Origin: an uncultured Halomicronema sp.
Lineage (GTDB): Bacteria; Cyanobacteriota; Cyanobacteriia; Phormidesmidales; Phormidesmidaceae
Assembly (NCBI GenBank): GCA_937899725.1
Contig: CALCCA010000087.1
Span: 61,979 to 85,978, forward strand
Reading direction: 5' to 3'
Length of the DNA: 24,000 bases
Each line of letters begins with the position of its first letter. Position 1 is the first letter of the stretch. The position numbers and the translations under genes are program-made. The notes under the pieces are model-generated. The model had not been told where the DNA came from. It did not search any database and worked only from the letters and a program-made list of their open reading frames with translations. Positions 14,707-23,961 of the stretch are shown piece after piece.

Positions 14707-15219
14707 TTATCGTTTGGGTTTTCCCCCAGCCCACTGGTCACCGACGATTCTCGGCTGCACTAAAATATGGCCCGCGATCGCGGTCAAATCAGATTGAGTC
14801 AGGTCACGCATTTTAGGAAAGAGATCCGTCCGCTGCGTCGATGGATGACTTTCTAAAATAGGCTGCAACCCATCGTAGGTTGTGGGGTTTTCCAAATAAT
14901 TAACGATGCTTTCTATCGTATTGCGAGGCGGGGTCGCAACCGCCAATGTTTCAGACGATAAATCAACGCTGGGATTCGTTTTTGTGACGCCGTCTAAATG
15001 ACATTGAGCACAGCTACCATTAAATTTACGCTGCCCGGTCAGCAGTTGTTTGGTCGTCAGGGTCATCTGATCGCCTGATGCATTTAAGGGTAGCGTTCGA
15101 GTCGCTTTATCAATTTCAGCCGCGTTAGCATTAGGCACCCAGGCGATTGCCGAAATCAACAATGCACAGGTTGGCAAAGCAACATATCTAAGTAATTTTC
15201 TTTTGAGATTAAAAAACAT
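14707..15219 (-). CDS. psbV2: Cytochrome c-550 (PsbV) paralog
   Basis: 170 aa. The signal peptide ends ...VPNANA/AE. The heme motif is CAQCH. Also present are LDGVTKTNPSVDL, LAVATPPRN, NPTTYDG, the distal-ligand His region ILESHPS, LFPKMRDLTQSDLTAIAGHIL and a GDQWAGGK tail, all colinear with PsbV. Confidence 0.88.
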   Translation of the reverse strand: MFFNLKRKLLRYVALPTCALLISAIAWVPNANAAEIDKATRTLPLNASGDQMTLTTKQLLTGQRKFNGSCAQCHLDGVTKTNPSVDLSSETLAVATPPRNTIESIVNYLENPTTYDGLQPILESHPSTQRTDLFPKMRDLTQSDLTAIAGHILVQPRIVGDQWAGGKPKR

Positions 15220-16080
15220 TAATTTCTAGCTCCAAAAATTTAGCTAATATCTTAAAAGTATCACAGCTTTTATTTGAGATTCATTAAAATAGTATTTCTT
15301 GAAAAGAATCTAGAAGAAATCGTTTTAGCAAATCAATAACTGGATTGTTGGATTTTTTGATTGACTATTTTCTGTTCAAATAAAAGGCTGCCATGGTCGA
15401 TGTTGTTCAGATTCTCCTTTGGCTGACCTGTCAAAGTCTCGCCAGCTTAATGACGGCATGACGGTATGAAGTGGACTGGTAATGAGGGCAGCTGCGTTTT
15501 TGAGCTGACCGACTGGCAGGAAGTCTCCTCGGTATAAGGACTCTCCAAAAAACCGATCAAGGATCTGCTTGAGCGCGATCGCCCGCTGCTGCAATCAGGT
15601 CTGCAGGCCTCTCAAAACCCCTCTAAATCAAAGGTCTATGGTCTGAGCGCTTGACCACAGGCAGCGAGATTTTGAGGGCTGAATTGCGCCGGTAAACGTG
15701 AGGTCATGGACGACTTAGCCCGGTGTGAAGCATGAGAGAAAGGGGTCGAGCTGCCGAGTGAATTGCTTGAAACGCTCATCGGTCAATGACCCTGGCTGTA
15801 ACTTTTTCTGAAGTGCTGATTCATCTTCACTAGTTTTTTATTTTTTTTGCTTACCTTGCTTTACTAATCGCGATCAGTCGATTCACCAATTCATTCTCTG
15901 CCTTCCCGATGATCTTGAGTAGCTTCAAGAAAAGTATGGCCGTCCTCTCCTCATAGAGGTTGGTCTAGGGAACTTACCTGCTGACTTTAAAGCGGGTGAG
16001 TTGAGAATATAAAACTTGCAGTTTTCTGTTTGAAGTGGCCCAAACTAGTCACGGCAAACAGCTCTGTTTTACTGCAAATT

Positions 16081-16119
16081 CCATTAATGTCTGTTTGCTT
16101 GAGAAGCAGGCATTAATGG
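16081..16119 (+). promoter_or_regulatory. Imperfect hairpin in the putative chlF leader, about 90 nt upstream of the ATG
   Basis: CCATTAATGtCTGttTGCTTgagAAGCAGGCATTAATGG. The outer arms CCATTAATG/CATTAATGG and the inner arms TGCTT/AAGCA are complementary. Confidence 0.35.
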
Positions 16120-16208
16120 ATAATTTCTGGCTTGGATTTGATGCCAGTAGAGAGCCAGTTAATAACACTTTTTGGCATCGAATAATTTATGCAAACAGGA
16201 GCTTTAAG

Positions 16209-17462
16209 ATGACACAGTTTGGTAGAGCGATCGCCCTCGATCGTCCTGACCAAATCGCAGGCGTCTCACCCTCTAGGAAACCCATAAGTGACGTGACTAT
16301 TGCACCTCCCATTCATTCTGACGATGCCAAAATTGCGCGCCCCATTAATGTGTGGGAGCGCTTTTGCCGCTGGGTTACCAGCACTGACAATCGCATTTAT
16401 GTCGGCTGGTTTGGCATCTTGATGATTCCGACCTTATCCACTGCGGCCATCGTCTTTTTGCTGGCCTTTGTGGCGGCCCCCCCGGTGGATATTGACGGCA
16501 CTGGCGGGCTCATCGCGGGGTCGTTATTCAGCGGCAATAATCTGATTACCGCTGCCGTCGTGCCCACTTCACCCGCTGTGGGGCTGCACTTTTATCCCCT
16601 TTGGGAAGCCGCTTCGATGCAGGAGTGGCTGGTCAATGGCGGCCCCTATCAACTCATCGTGCTGCACTTCTTGATTGGCATCATTGCCTATCAAGATCGG
16701 GAATGGGAACTCAGTTACCGACTGGGAATGCGGCCCTGGGTGTCGCTCGCCTTTACCGCCCCAGTGGCGGCCGCCGTGTCGGTGTTGCTGATTTACCCCA
16801 TTGGCCAAGGCGGCTTTGCTGCGGGCATGCCCTTGGGCATTTCGGGCACGTTTACGTTCATGCTGCAGTTCCAGGCTGATCACAACATCCTGGCTAATCC
16901 GTTTCACCAAATCGGCGTGATTGGGGTCTTTGGCGGGTCGTTTCTCTGTGCCGTGCATGGCTCATTGGTTACGTCGGCGCTGATTCGCCATCGCCCTACC
17001 CCGGCGGCGGCCCAGCGCCGCTGGCATGACAACCCCCACGGGGCCTATAGCCTCAGGCATCTGCAAATCAATCAACAAAAATTACTCTGGCGCGGGGCGA
17101 GTTTTAAGTCAGCGCGATCGCTGCATTTTTTCCTGGCGGCCTTTCCGGTGGCGGGCATCTGGTCGGCGGCGATGGGCATTGATATGGCCGCCTTCGGGTT
17201 TGATCAGTTTGCGAGTCAAGCGGCCGGGGGTGGCCTCCAAAAGGCGGTGGTGCCGACTTGGGCCGACATTGTGACCCAGGCCAATCTGGGCATGCATGTG
17301 CTGTCAGAGACTGAGCAGTCCACCTTTCCCATCTTTTTGGGCGAAGCCGCCACGCCTGAGGCTGCCCGTCTGGGGCTGGCGGTAGACCCCGATGCCCCGG
17401 CGCGGGCGCTCACGGGCCCACAGCTGTCCGGCGCGATCGCCCCAGCCATTCCCACTGTCTGA
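16209..17462 (+). CDS. chlF: Super-rogue D1 paralog with chlorophyll f synthase hallmarks (ChlF / PsbA4)
   Basis: D1 fold is clear ([58 protein letters not shown]). The OEC ligand positions are changed: D170->A (GQGGFAAG), E189->D (QADHN), H332->S, D342->F, A344->G ([20 protein letters not shown]). [10 protein letters not shown] carries Gln-Asp where D1 has Met127-Gly128. The QB/DE-loop is unrecognisable. Start is set at ATG 16209 (AGGAG 8 nt upstream), not the GTG at 16035. Confidence 0.88.
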   Translation: MTQFGRAIALDRPDQIAGVSPSRKPISDVTIAPPIHSDDAKIARPINVWERFCRWVTSTDNRIYVGWFGILMIPTLSTAAIVFLLAFVAAPPVDIDGTGGLIAGSLFSGNNLITAAVVPTSPAVGLHFYPLWEAASMQEWLVNGGPYQLIVLHFLIGIIAYQDREWELSYRLGMRPWVSLAFTAPVAAAVSVLLIYPIGQGGFAAGMPLGISGTFTFMLQFQADHNILANPFHQIGVIGVFGGSFLCAVHGSLVTSALIRHRPTPAAAQRRWHDNPHGAYSLRHLQINQQKLLWRGASFKSARSLHFFLAAFPVAGIWSAAMGIDMAAFGFDQFASQAAGGGLQKAVVPTWADIVTQANLGMHVLSETEQSTFPIFLGEAATPEAARLGLAVDPDAPARALTGPQLSGAIAPAIPTV

Positions 17463-17493
17463 CGAGTGCTGATCCACTCGCCGCCGACCTCGG

Positions 17494-17515
17494 CAGGGGG
17501 CCGCAGCGGCCCCTG
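17494..17515 (+). other. GC-rich stem-loop between chlF and psaA2
   Basis: caGGGGGCCgcagcGGCCCCtg, about 30 nt after the chlF stop. There is no U-tract, so read-through into psaA2 is plausible. Confidence 0.35.
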
Positions 17516-17567
17516 TTGCTACCCGTTCACCATCATCACTTTTATTGAGTAAACGTAGGAGGTTTTA

Positions 17568-19925
17568 ATGACTACCAGTCCTCCGAAGCAGAGGCAACCG
17601 GTGCGGGTCACCGTTGATGAAAACCCCGTGTCCACCTCTTTTGAGAAGTGGGCCAAACCGGGACATTTCGACCGCACCCTGGCCAGAGGCCCCAAAACCA
17701 CCACCTGGATTTGGGATCTGCATGCCGATGCCCATGATTTTGATACCCACACGGGTGATCTCGAAGATATTTCTCGCAAAATCTTCTCAGCTCACTTTGG
17801 GCATCTGGCCATTATCTTCATCTGGCTCAGCGGCATGTATTTTCATGGCGCTCGGTTTTCTAACTTTTCCGCTTGGATGGCCGATCCGATTAACCTCAAG
17901 CCCAGTGCTCAAGTCGTCTGGCCCCTCGTCGGCCAAGAGATTCTGAACGCTGATCTGGGGGGCGGCTTCCACGGCATTCAAATCACCTCGGGCCTCTTCC
18001 AAATGTGGCGTGGCCAGGGCTTTACCCATGAGTTTCAGCTCTTTTGGACGGCGATGGGGGCGCTGGTGATGGCTGCTGTCATGCTGTTTGCGGGCTGGTT
18101 TCACTACCATGTGCGGGCGCCCAAGCTGGAATGGTTCCGCAATTGGGAATCGATGATGAACCACCACCTGGCCGGCCTACTCGGTCTGGGCAGCTTAGGC
18201 TGGGCGGGGCATTTGATTCACGTGGCAGTGCCGACCAATCGGTTGATGGACGCGGGGGTCGCCCCGAACGATGTGCCGTTGCCCCATGAGTTCATTCTCA
18301 ATAAGAGCTTGATGATGGAGCTGTTCCCCAGCTTTGCCCAAGGCGTCAAGCCGTTTTTCACGTTTAACTGGTCGGCCTACACCGATTTCCTCACCTTTAA
18401 GGGTGGGCTCAATCCGGTGACGGGCGGCCTGTGGATGACGGATATTGCGCACCATCACGTGGCGATCGCCGTGCTCTTTATCGTGGCCGGCCACTTCTAT
18501 CGCACTAACTGGGGCATTGGCCACACTTTCCGAGAGCTGCTGGATGATGCCAGAACGCCCAAACTGTTTCCTCTGTTTAGTTTTCTGGGGCCAGTGGGGC
18601 ACCGGGGGCTCGAAAAAATCTTTGAGACCTCTTGGCACGCCAATTTGGCGATTCACCTGGTGCAGTTTGGCACCGCCAGCCTGCTGGTGGCCCATCACAT
18701 GTATGCGATGCCGCCCTACCCGTATCTGGCCACTGACTATGCCACGGTGACCTCGCTCTTTACCCACCATGTGTGGATTGCGGGCTTCTGTATTGTGGGC
18801 GGGGCGGCCCATGCGGCCATCTTCTTAGTGCGGGACTACAATCCCGCCGACCACGTCAATAATGTGTTGGATCGGGTGCTGCGTCACCGCGACACCATTA
18901 TTTCTCACCTGGTGTGGGTCTGCCAGTTCCTCGGTTTCCACAGTTTCGCCATGTACTGTCACAACGACACCATGCGCGCCTTTGGTCGCCCGCAGGACAT
19001 GTTCTCCGATACGGGGATTCAGCTGCAGCCGGTGTTTGCCCAGTGGGTGCAACACATCCACACGATGGCGATCAACAATCCAGCGGCGCAGGCCGCTCAG
19101 CCCTTGGGCGATGTGTTTGGCGGTCTCCGCAATATTGATTTGGTCGGGCTGGGCACCACCGTGCCACAGGTGGCGCAACCGATCAGCCATGCCTTTGGCG
19201 GCGGGGTCGTTGCCGTTGGCGGCAAGGTAGCGATGATGCCCATCCATCTGGGCACGGCAGATTTCTTAATTCACCACATTCACGCCTTCACCATTCACGT
19301 AACGGTGCTGGTGCTGCTGAAGGGTGTGCTGTTTGCCCGCAGTTCGCGACTGATTCCCGATAAGGGTGAGCTGGGCTTCCGGTTCCCTTGCGATGGCCCC
19401 GGTCGCGGCGGCACCTGCCAGGTCTCTGCTTGGGACCACGTCTTTCTCGGGCTGTTTTGGATGTACAACTGCCTGTCGATTGTGATTTTCCACTTCTTTT
19501 GGAAGATGCAGTCGGATGTGTGGGGTACGGTGAATGCCGACGGCACGATATCCCATATCACGGCGGGCAATTTTGCCCAATCATCCATTACCAACAATGG
19601 CTGGCTGCGCGACTTTCTCTGGGCGCAGGCGTCGCAGGTGATTGGCTCCTATGGGTCGGCGCTATCGGCCTACGGCCTAATTTTCCTGGCGGGGCACTTC
19701 GTCTTTGGTTTCAGTTTGATGTTCTTGTTCAGCGGCCGCGGCTACTGGCAAGAGCTGATTGAGTCCATCGTGTGGGCGCATAACAAACTGAAAATCACCA
19801 CGGCGATTCAACCCCGTGCGCTGAGCATCACGCAAGGACGCGCGGTGGGGGCGGCCCATTATCTATTGGGCGGCATTGTCACCACCTGGGCCTTTTTCTT
19901 AGCCCGCATGGCGGCGCTGGGGTAG
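17568..19925 (+). CDS. psaA2: Photosystem I P700 apoprotein A1 paralog (PsaA)
   Basis: 785 aa with TAGGAGG upstream. Contains [35 protein letters not shown], the FX loop [19 protein letters not shown] and a C-terminal [18 protein letters not shown]. Confidence 0.95.
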   Translation: MTTSPPKQRQPVRVTVDENPVSTSFEKWAKPGHFDRTLARGPKTTTWIWDLHADAHDFDTHTGDLEDISRKIFSAHFGHLAIIFIWLSGMYFHGARFSNFSAWMADPINLKPSAQVVWPLVGQEILNADLGGGFHGIQITSGLFQMWRGQGFTHEFQLFWTAMGALVMAAVMLFAGWFHYHVRAPKLEWFRNWESMMNHHLAGLLGLGSLGWAGHLIHVAVPTNRLMDAGVAPNDVPLPHEFILNKSLMMELFPSFAQGVKPFFTFNWSAYTDFLTFKGGLNPVTGGLWMTDIAHHHVAIAVLFIVAGHFYRTNWGIGHTFRELLDDARTPKLFPLFSFLGPVGHRGLEKIFETSWHANLAIHLVQFGTASLLVAHHMYAMPPYPYLATDYATVTSLFTHHVWIAGFCIVGGAAHAAIFLVRDYNPADHVNNVLDRVLRHRDTIISHLVWVCQFLGFHSFAMYCHNDTMRAFGRPQDMFSDTGIQLQPVFAQWVQHIHTMAINNPAAQAAQPLGDVFGGLRNIDLVGLGTTVPQVAQPISHAFGGGVVAVGGKVAMMPIHLGTADFLIHHIHAFTIHVTVLVLLKGVLFARSSRLIPDKGELGFRFPCDGPGRGGTCQVSAWDHVFLGLFWMYNCLSIVIFHFFWKMQSDVWGTVNADGTISHITAGNFAQSSITNNGWLRDFLWAQASQVIGSYGSALSAYGLIFLAGHFVFGFSLMFLFSGRGYWQELIESIVWAHNKLKITTAIQPRALSITQGRAVGAAHYLLGGIVTTWAFFLARMAALG

Positions 19926-19969
19926 CGATCGCGGGTCGGGTTTCCCTGCCGAACCCCCCGCGCGGCCCA

Positions 19970-20004
19970 TGACTGAGAGCGGCACCGAAGGCGGCTCTCA
20001 GTCA
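19970..20004 (+). other. 11-bp stem-loop in the psaA2-psaB2 spacer
   Basis: TGACTGAGAGC (19970-19980) / GCTCTCAGTCA (19994-20004) with a 13-nt loop. Confidence 0.4.
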
Positions 20005-20055
20005 CCCCATTCATTTCCCGTTTGACATCTGTCTCTTTCAACCCAATTTCGAACT

Positions 20056-22287
20056 ATGGCGACAAAATTTCCGAAATTTAGTCAGGATTTGCAGCGAGAC
20101 CCGACCACTCGTCGAGTCTTTTATGCGATCGCCACGGCTCATGATTTTGAAAGCCACGATGGGATGACGGAGGAGAATCTGTATCAGCGGATTTTTGCCT
20201 CCCACTTTGGTCATCTCGCCATTATCTTTTTATGGATATCGGGCATTTTGTTTCATGTGGCCTGGCAAGGCAACTTCGAACAGTGGATTCAAGATCCGCT
20301 GAACACTAAACCGATCGCCCATGCCATTTGGGATGCCCAGTTTGGCCCCGCCGCGATCGACGCTTACACCCAAGCTGGCGCTCGCAACCCGGTCGATATT
20401 TGCTACTCCGGGGTGTATCACTGGTGGTACACCATCGGCATGCGCACCAACACCGACTTGTTTGTCGGCTCGCTATTTTTGCTGCTGCTGGCAGGCGTCA
20501 TGCTCTATGCCGGGTGGCTACACCTACAGCCCCGGTTTCGGCCCAGCTTGGCCTGGTTTAAGAATGCCGAATCGCGGCTCAACCATCACCTGGCCGGTCT
20601 GTTTGGCGTCAGTTCCCTGGCTTGGACGGGTCACTTAGTGCATGTGGCCATTCCCGAATCACGGGGACAGCATGTCGGGTGGGATAACTTCCTCTCGCTG
20701 CCGCCGCATCCGGCGGGACTAGGGCCATTCTTCACTGGCAACTGGGGCGTCTATGCCCAAAATCCCGATACGGCTGAGCATGTGTTTAACACCAGCCAGG
20801 GTGCGGGCACGGCCATGCTCACCTTTTTGGGGGGCTTCCATCCCCAAACGGAATCGCTGTGGCTGACGGATATGGCCCATCACCATCTGGCGATCGCGGT
20901 TCTCTTTATCTTTGCGGGCCACATGTACCGCACCAACTTTGGCATCGGTCACAGTATTAAAGAAATGACCGAATCCCTGCAGGGGCCAGGGTGGAAAGGG
21001 TTCTTCATCGCGCCGGATACTGGGCGCGGTCACCAGGGCATTTACGACACCTACAACAACTCCCTGCACTTTCAGTTGGGCTGGCATTTAGCCGCGTTGG
21101 GGGTGGTCTGCTCCCTGGTGGCGCAGCACATGTATGCCATGCCGCCCTATGCCTTTATGGCCCGCGATTACACCACCATGTCGGCGCTTTATACTCATCA
21201 CCAGTACATTGCGGGCTTCCTGATGGTGGGGGCCTTTGCCCACGGCGCGATCTTCCTAGTTCGTGATTATGACCCCCAGGCGAATGTCGATAATGTGCTG
21301 GCCCGCGTGTTGGATCACAAGGAAGCGATCATCTCGCACCTGAGCTGGGTGTCGCTCTTCCTCGGCTTTCATACCCTCGGCCTCTACGTGCACAACGACT
21401 GTGAGGTGGCCTTTGGCGCGGCTGAGAAACAGATCTTGGTAGAGCCGGTGTTTGCCCAATGGATTCAAGCTTTCCATGGCAAAGCGCTCTACGGCATCAG
21501 TTCGCTGCTATCCAACCCGGAGAGTGTGGCGACGACGGCCTGGCCGAATTACGGCAACGTTTGGTTACCGGGTTGGCTAGAGGGTATCAATAGCGGCGCG
21601 AACTCGCTGTTTTTGACCATCGGACCGGGAGACTTTTTGGTGCACCACGCGATCGCCCTCGGGCTCCACGTCACCACCCTCGTTTTGGTGAAAGGGGCGC
21701 TGGATGCGCGGGGGTCGAAGCTGATGCCCGATAAAAAAGACTTCGGCTACAGCTTCCCCTGTGATGGGCCGGGTCGCGGCGGCACCTGCGACATCTCGGC
21801 TTGGGATTCCGTTTATCTCGGCATGTTCTGGATGTTGAACTCCCTCGGGTGGATTACCTTCTACTGGCACTGGAAACATCTGTCAGTTTGGAGCGGTAAT
21901 GTCGCTCAGTTCAACGAAAGTTCGACCTACCTGATGGGCTGGTTCCGCGACTATCTGTGGCTGAATTCGGCTCAGCTGATCAACGGCTACAGCCCGACGG
22001 GCACAAACAATCTGGCCGTCTGGGCCTGGATGTTCCTCTTTGGTCACTTGGTCTGGGCGATCAGCTTCATGTTCTTGATTACCTGGCGGGGCTACTGGCA
22101 AGAACTGATCGAAACGCTGATGTGGGCTCACGAAAATACGCCGCTGTCCTTTGGCTATCCCAAAGACAAGCCCGTGGCCCTCTCTATTGTGCAGGCCCGC
22201 CTCGTGGGGCTCACCCATTTCACGGTCGGCTATATTGCCACCTACGGCGCTTTCCTGATTGCGTCTACGGCTAGCCGCTTTCCGTGA
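20056..22287 (+). CDS. psaB2: Photosystem I P700 apoprotein A2 paralog (PsaB)
   Basis: 743 aa. Contains [34 protein letters not shown], the FX loop [18 protein letters not shown] and a C-terminal [18 protein letters not shown]. Confidence 0.95.
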   Translation: MATKFPKFSQDLQRDPTTRRVFYAIATAHDFESHDGMTEENLYQRIFASHFGHLAIIFLWISGILFHVAWQGNFEQWIQDPLNTKPIAHAIWDAQFGPAAIDAYTQAGARNPVDICYSGVYHWWYTIGMRTNTDLFVGSLFLLLLAGVMLYAGWLHLQPRFRPSLAWFKNAESRLNHHLAGLFGVSSLAWTGHLVHVAIPESRGQHVGWDNFLSLPPHPAGLGPFFTGNWGVYAQNPDTAEHVFNTSQGAGTAMLTFLGGFHPQTESLWLTDMAHHHLAIAVLFIFAGHMYRTNFGIGHSIKEMTESLQGPGWKGFFIAPDTGRGHQGIYDTYNNSLHFQLGWHLAALGVVCSLVAQHMYAMPPYAFMARDYTTMSALYTHHQYIAGFLMVGAFAHGAIFLVRDYDPQANVDNVLARVLDHKEAIISHLSWVSLFLGFHTLGLYVHNDCEVAFGAAEKQILVEPVFAQWIQAFHGKALYGISSLLSNPESVATTAWPNYGNVWLPGWLEGINSGANSLFLTIGPGDFLVHHAIALGLHVTTLVLVKGALDARGSKLMPDKKDFGYSFPCDGPGRGGTCDISAWDSVYLGMFWMLNSLGWITFYWHWKHLSVWSGNVAQFNESSTYLMGWFRDYLWLNSAQLINGYSPTGTNNLAVWAWMFLFGHLVWAISFMFLITWRGYWQELIETLMWAHENTPLSFGYPKDKPVALSIVQARLVGLTHFTVGYIATYGAFLIASTASRFP

Positions 22288-22296
22288 TGGCTCCTT

Positions 22297-22322
22297 GGCT
22301 GGGGGGCGATCGCTCCCCAGCC
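22297..22322 (+). other. Palindromic hairpin centred on a HIP1 site, 10 nt after the psaB2 stop
   Basis: GGCTGGGGgGCGATCGCtCCCCAGCC. The outer stem of 8 bp is perfect, and the core GCGATCGC is itself palindromic. Confidence 0.5.
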
Positions 22323-22359
22323 CCAACTCTGCGGACTCTCCTCGTCCCAGAATGAGTTC

Positions 22360-22447
22360 TGACTGAGGTTCAGCAGTGAGAACTCGATTTGCCAAACGAG
22401 TCCTGGTCGAGGTTCAGCGGTCGGGACTTCGTTTCCTCATTATTTCA
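22360..22447 (+). repeat. Two imperfect tandem ~44-nt units sharing GAGGTTCAGC in the psaB2-psaL2 spacer
   Basis: ctgactGAGGTTCAGCagtgagaactcgatttgcc... is followed by ctggtcGAGGTTCAGCggtcgggacttcgtttcc.... The GAGGTTCAGC cores are at 22365-22374 and 22409-22418. Confidence 0.6.
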
Positions 22448-22481
22448 GCGCTGAACGCACGCTAATTCAGAGGGCGACACG

Positions 22482-23051
22482 ATGACTGATACCTCGCAAC
22501 CGGCTTGGGCTGATGCCTACAGTCAAGAAGATTTTATTCAGCCCTATCAGGGCAATCCCTGGTTAGGCAATTTGGCCACTCCGATCAACAGCTCGGGCTG
22601 GGTCAAAGCCTACATCAACAACCTGCCAGCTTACCGTCCGGGTCTTACCCCGTTTTTACGCGGTCTCGAAATTGGCATGGCCCACGGCTATTTTTTGGTC
22701 GGGCCAGAAGTGGTAGTGGGGCCGCTGCGCGAGACGGCCCATGGGGCTAATCTCAGCGGTCTAATTACCGCCGTTTACATCACCGTCTCGGCCTGCCTGG
22801 GCATTTCGATCTTTGCCCTTGCCACCTTTCAAGGGGCTCCCCGAGGCGCTTACAACCTGCATTCCCAAGACCGGCTGCGGCCGCTCCGGCAAAAAGAAGA
22901 CTGGTTTCAGCTCTGCGGCGGCATCTTACTCGGTTCGATGGGCGGGGCCATCTTTGCCTATGTACTGTTGGAAAACTTCAGTGATATCGACGCCAGCTTA
23001 CGGGGCGCGGTGAATGTGAGTCAGGCGATCGTTAATGGAATTTTGGGGTGA
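22482..23051 (+). CDS. psaL2: Photosystem I subunit XI paralog (PsaL)
   Basis: 189 aa. Contains PYQGNPWLGNLATPINSSGWVKAYINNLPAYRPGLTPFLRGLEIGMAHGYFLVGP and a C-terminal ...AYVLLENF, colinear with PsaL. Confidence 0.9.
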   Translation: MTDTSQPAWADAYSQEDFIQPYQGNPWLGNLATPINSSGWVKAYINNLPAYRPGLTPFLRGLEIGMAHGYFLVGPEVVVGPLRETAHGANLSGLITAVYITVSACLGISIFALATFQGAPRGAYNLHSQDRLRPLRQKEDWFQLCGGILLGSMGGAIFAYVLLENFSDIDASLRGAVNVSQAIVNGILG

Positions 23052-23323
23052 TCAGGCAAGGGACTGGTCAGAGTTCTTGGTTCTTTTGGTTATTCGTTAT
23101 GGGTTCTTGGTTTTGATTTCGGAGTTCGGAGTTCACCCTCTGGTCTTGAGCACGGCCTGCGATCGCAAGCCGCCATCAGGTTGGGACAGCTTGGACTTCT
23201 GGAAGGCCCGTACAGTCAGCGTTTTAATTCCGAATTCCAAATTCTGCTACACCTCGACGTTAGCGAATAATCAGTCACCAGTAACGCATAACGAATCACA
23301 AACTTAATTCAAGGAGAAACATC

Positions 23324-23557
23324 ATGGCTGATATGACTCAACTGACCGGCGCCTATGCTGCGTCATGGTTGCCCTGGCTGATGATTCCGCTAATTTTTTA
23401 TATTCTGCCCTTCCCTGTATTTGCGATCGTTTTTCTTTGGATTGAACGCGAAGGCAACGGTGAGGCGGCGATGGGACAAGATGCGACTAGCTCATCATCC
23501 GGATTGTTAGCGGCCACACCCGGTGACATGGGCGCCGACCCCACCTCATCTGCCTAA
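23324..23557 (+). CDS. psaI2: Photosystem I subunit VIII paralog (PsaI) with a long C-terminal extension
   Basis: AAGGAG lies 7 nt upstream. GAYAASWLPWLMIPLIFYILPFPVFAIVFLWIEREG matches the PsaI core (..YAAS.LPW...P.......LF.YIE). The ORF is 77 aa, whereas I remember PsaI as about 38-40 aa. Confidence 0.8.
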   Translation: MADMTQLTGAYAASWLPWLMIPLIFYILPFPVFAIVFLWIEREGNGEAAMGQDATSSSSGLLAATPGDMGADPTSSA

Positions 23558-23652
23558 AAGATGAAAGTTCTTAGGAATGAGAGAGTTTTAAGTTCTTAGT
23601 TTTGAATTAAACCCCGTCGACTTTGAAAGCCCTGGTTTTGGCTGGCCGAGCC

Positions 23653-23801
23653 CACCTCACCTGACCTCTCCTGAGTAAGGAGAGGCACCGGAGCGTTCTT
23701 AAACCTCTCCTGACTGTTGGCGAAGCCTGCCCGGAGGGCTTAGGAGAGGTGCCGCAGGCGGTGAGGTTCGACCGCATGTCAAAATTCCAGTTCTCAATCT
23801 A
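23653..23801 (-). repeat. MITE-like nested-palindrome element, copy B (inverted, between psaI2 and psaF2)
   Basis: The reverse complement reads tagattgagaactggaattttgacatgcggtcgAACCTCACCgcctgcggcaCCTCTCCT...AGGAGAGGtttaagaac...CCTCTCCTTactcAGGAGAGGtcaGGTGAGGTg. It is colinear with 14094-14219, with a larger first loop of about 30 nt. Confidence 0.8.
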
Positions 23802-23961
23802 GATGAGCTTTAGCCGTTCAACTCAAAACTCAAAATTCAGAACTCAATTAATTCTGATTCCTTAACGTTCAGGTTTTTGAGTTGCTCATTCAATTCCGCC
23901 TTCCGCCTGGAAACTTTAGAACGCCCTAAATCCTTTTTAATTAGTAACAGGAGATCAGAGA

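Noticed and set aside
15376-15594. 72-aa minus-strand ORF in the psbV2-chlF spacer
   Set aside because: There is no SD and no family resemblance, and the ORF sits in a likely promoter region. It may be a remnant of something, but I cannot support a call.
12053-15927. Recurrent (A/T)TCTTGA hexamer/heptamer in putative promoter regions (about 12054, 13075, 15297, 15921)
   Set aside because: A 6-7-mer is expected several times by chance in 24 kb, especially in AT-rich spacers. It is not sufficient to propose an operator without statistics or cross-species conservation.
16035-16208. GTG-initiated 58-codon N-terminal extension of the chlF ORF (track ORF 16035..17462)
   Set aside because: The extension ([25 protein letters not shown]...) has no D1 similarity and overlaps the leader hairpin at 16081-16119. 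An ATG with AGGAG 8 nt upstream is available at 16209.
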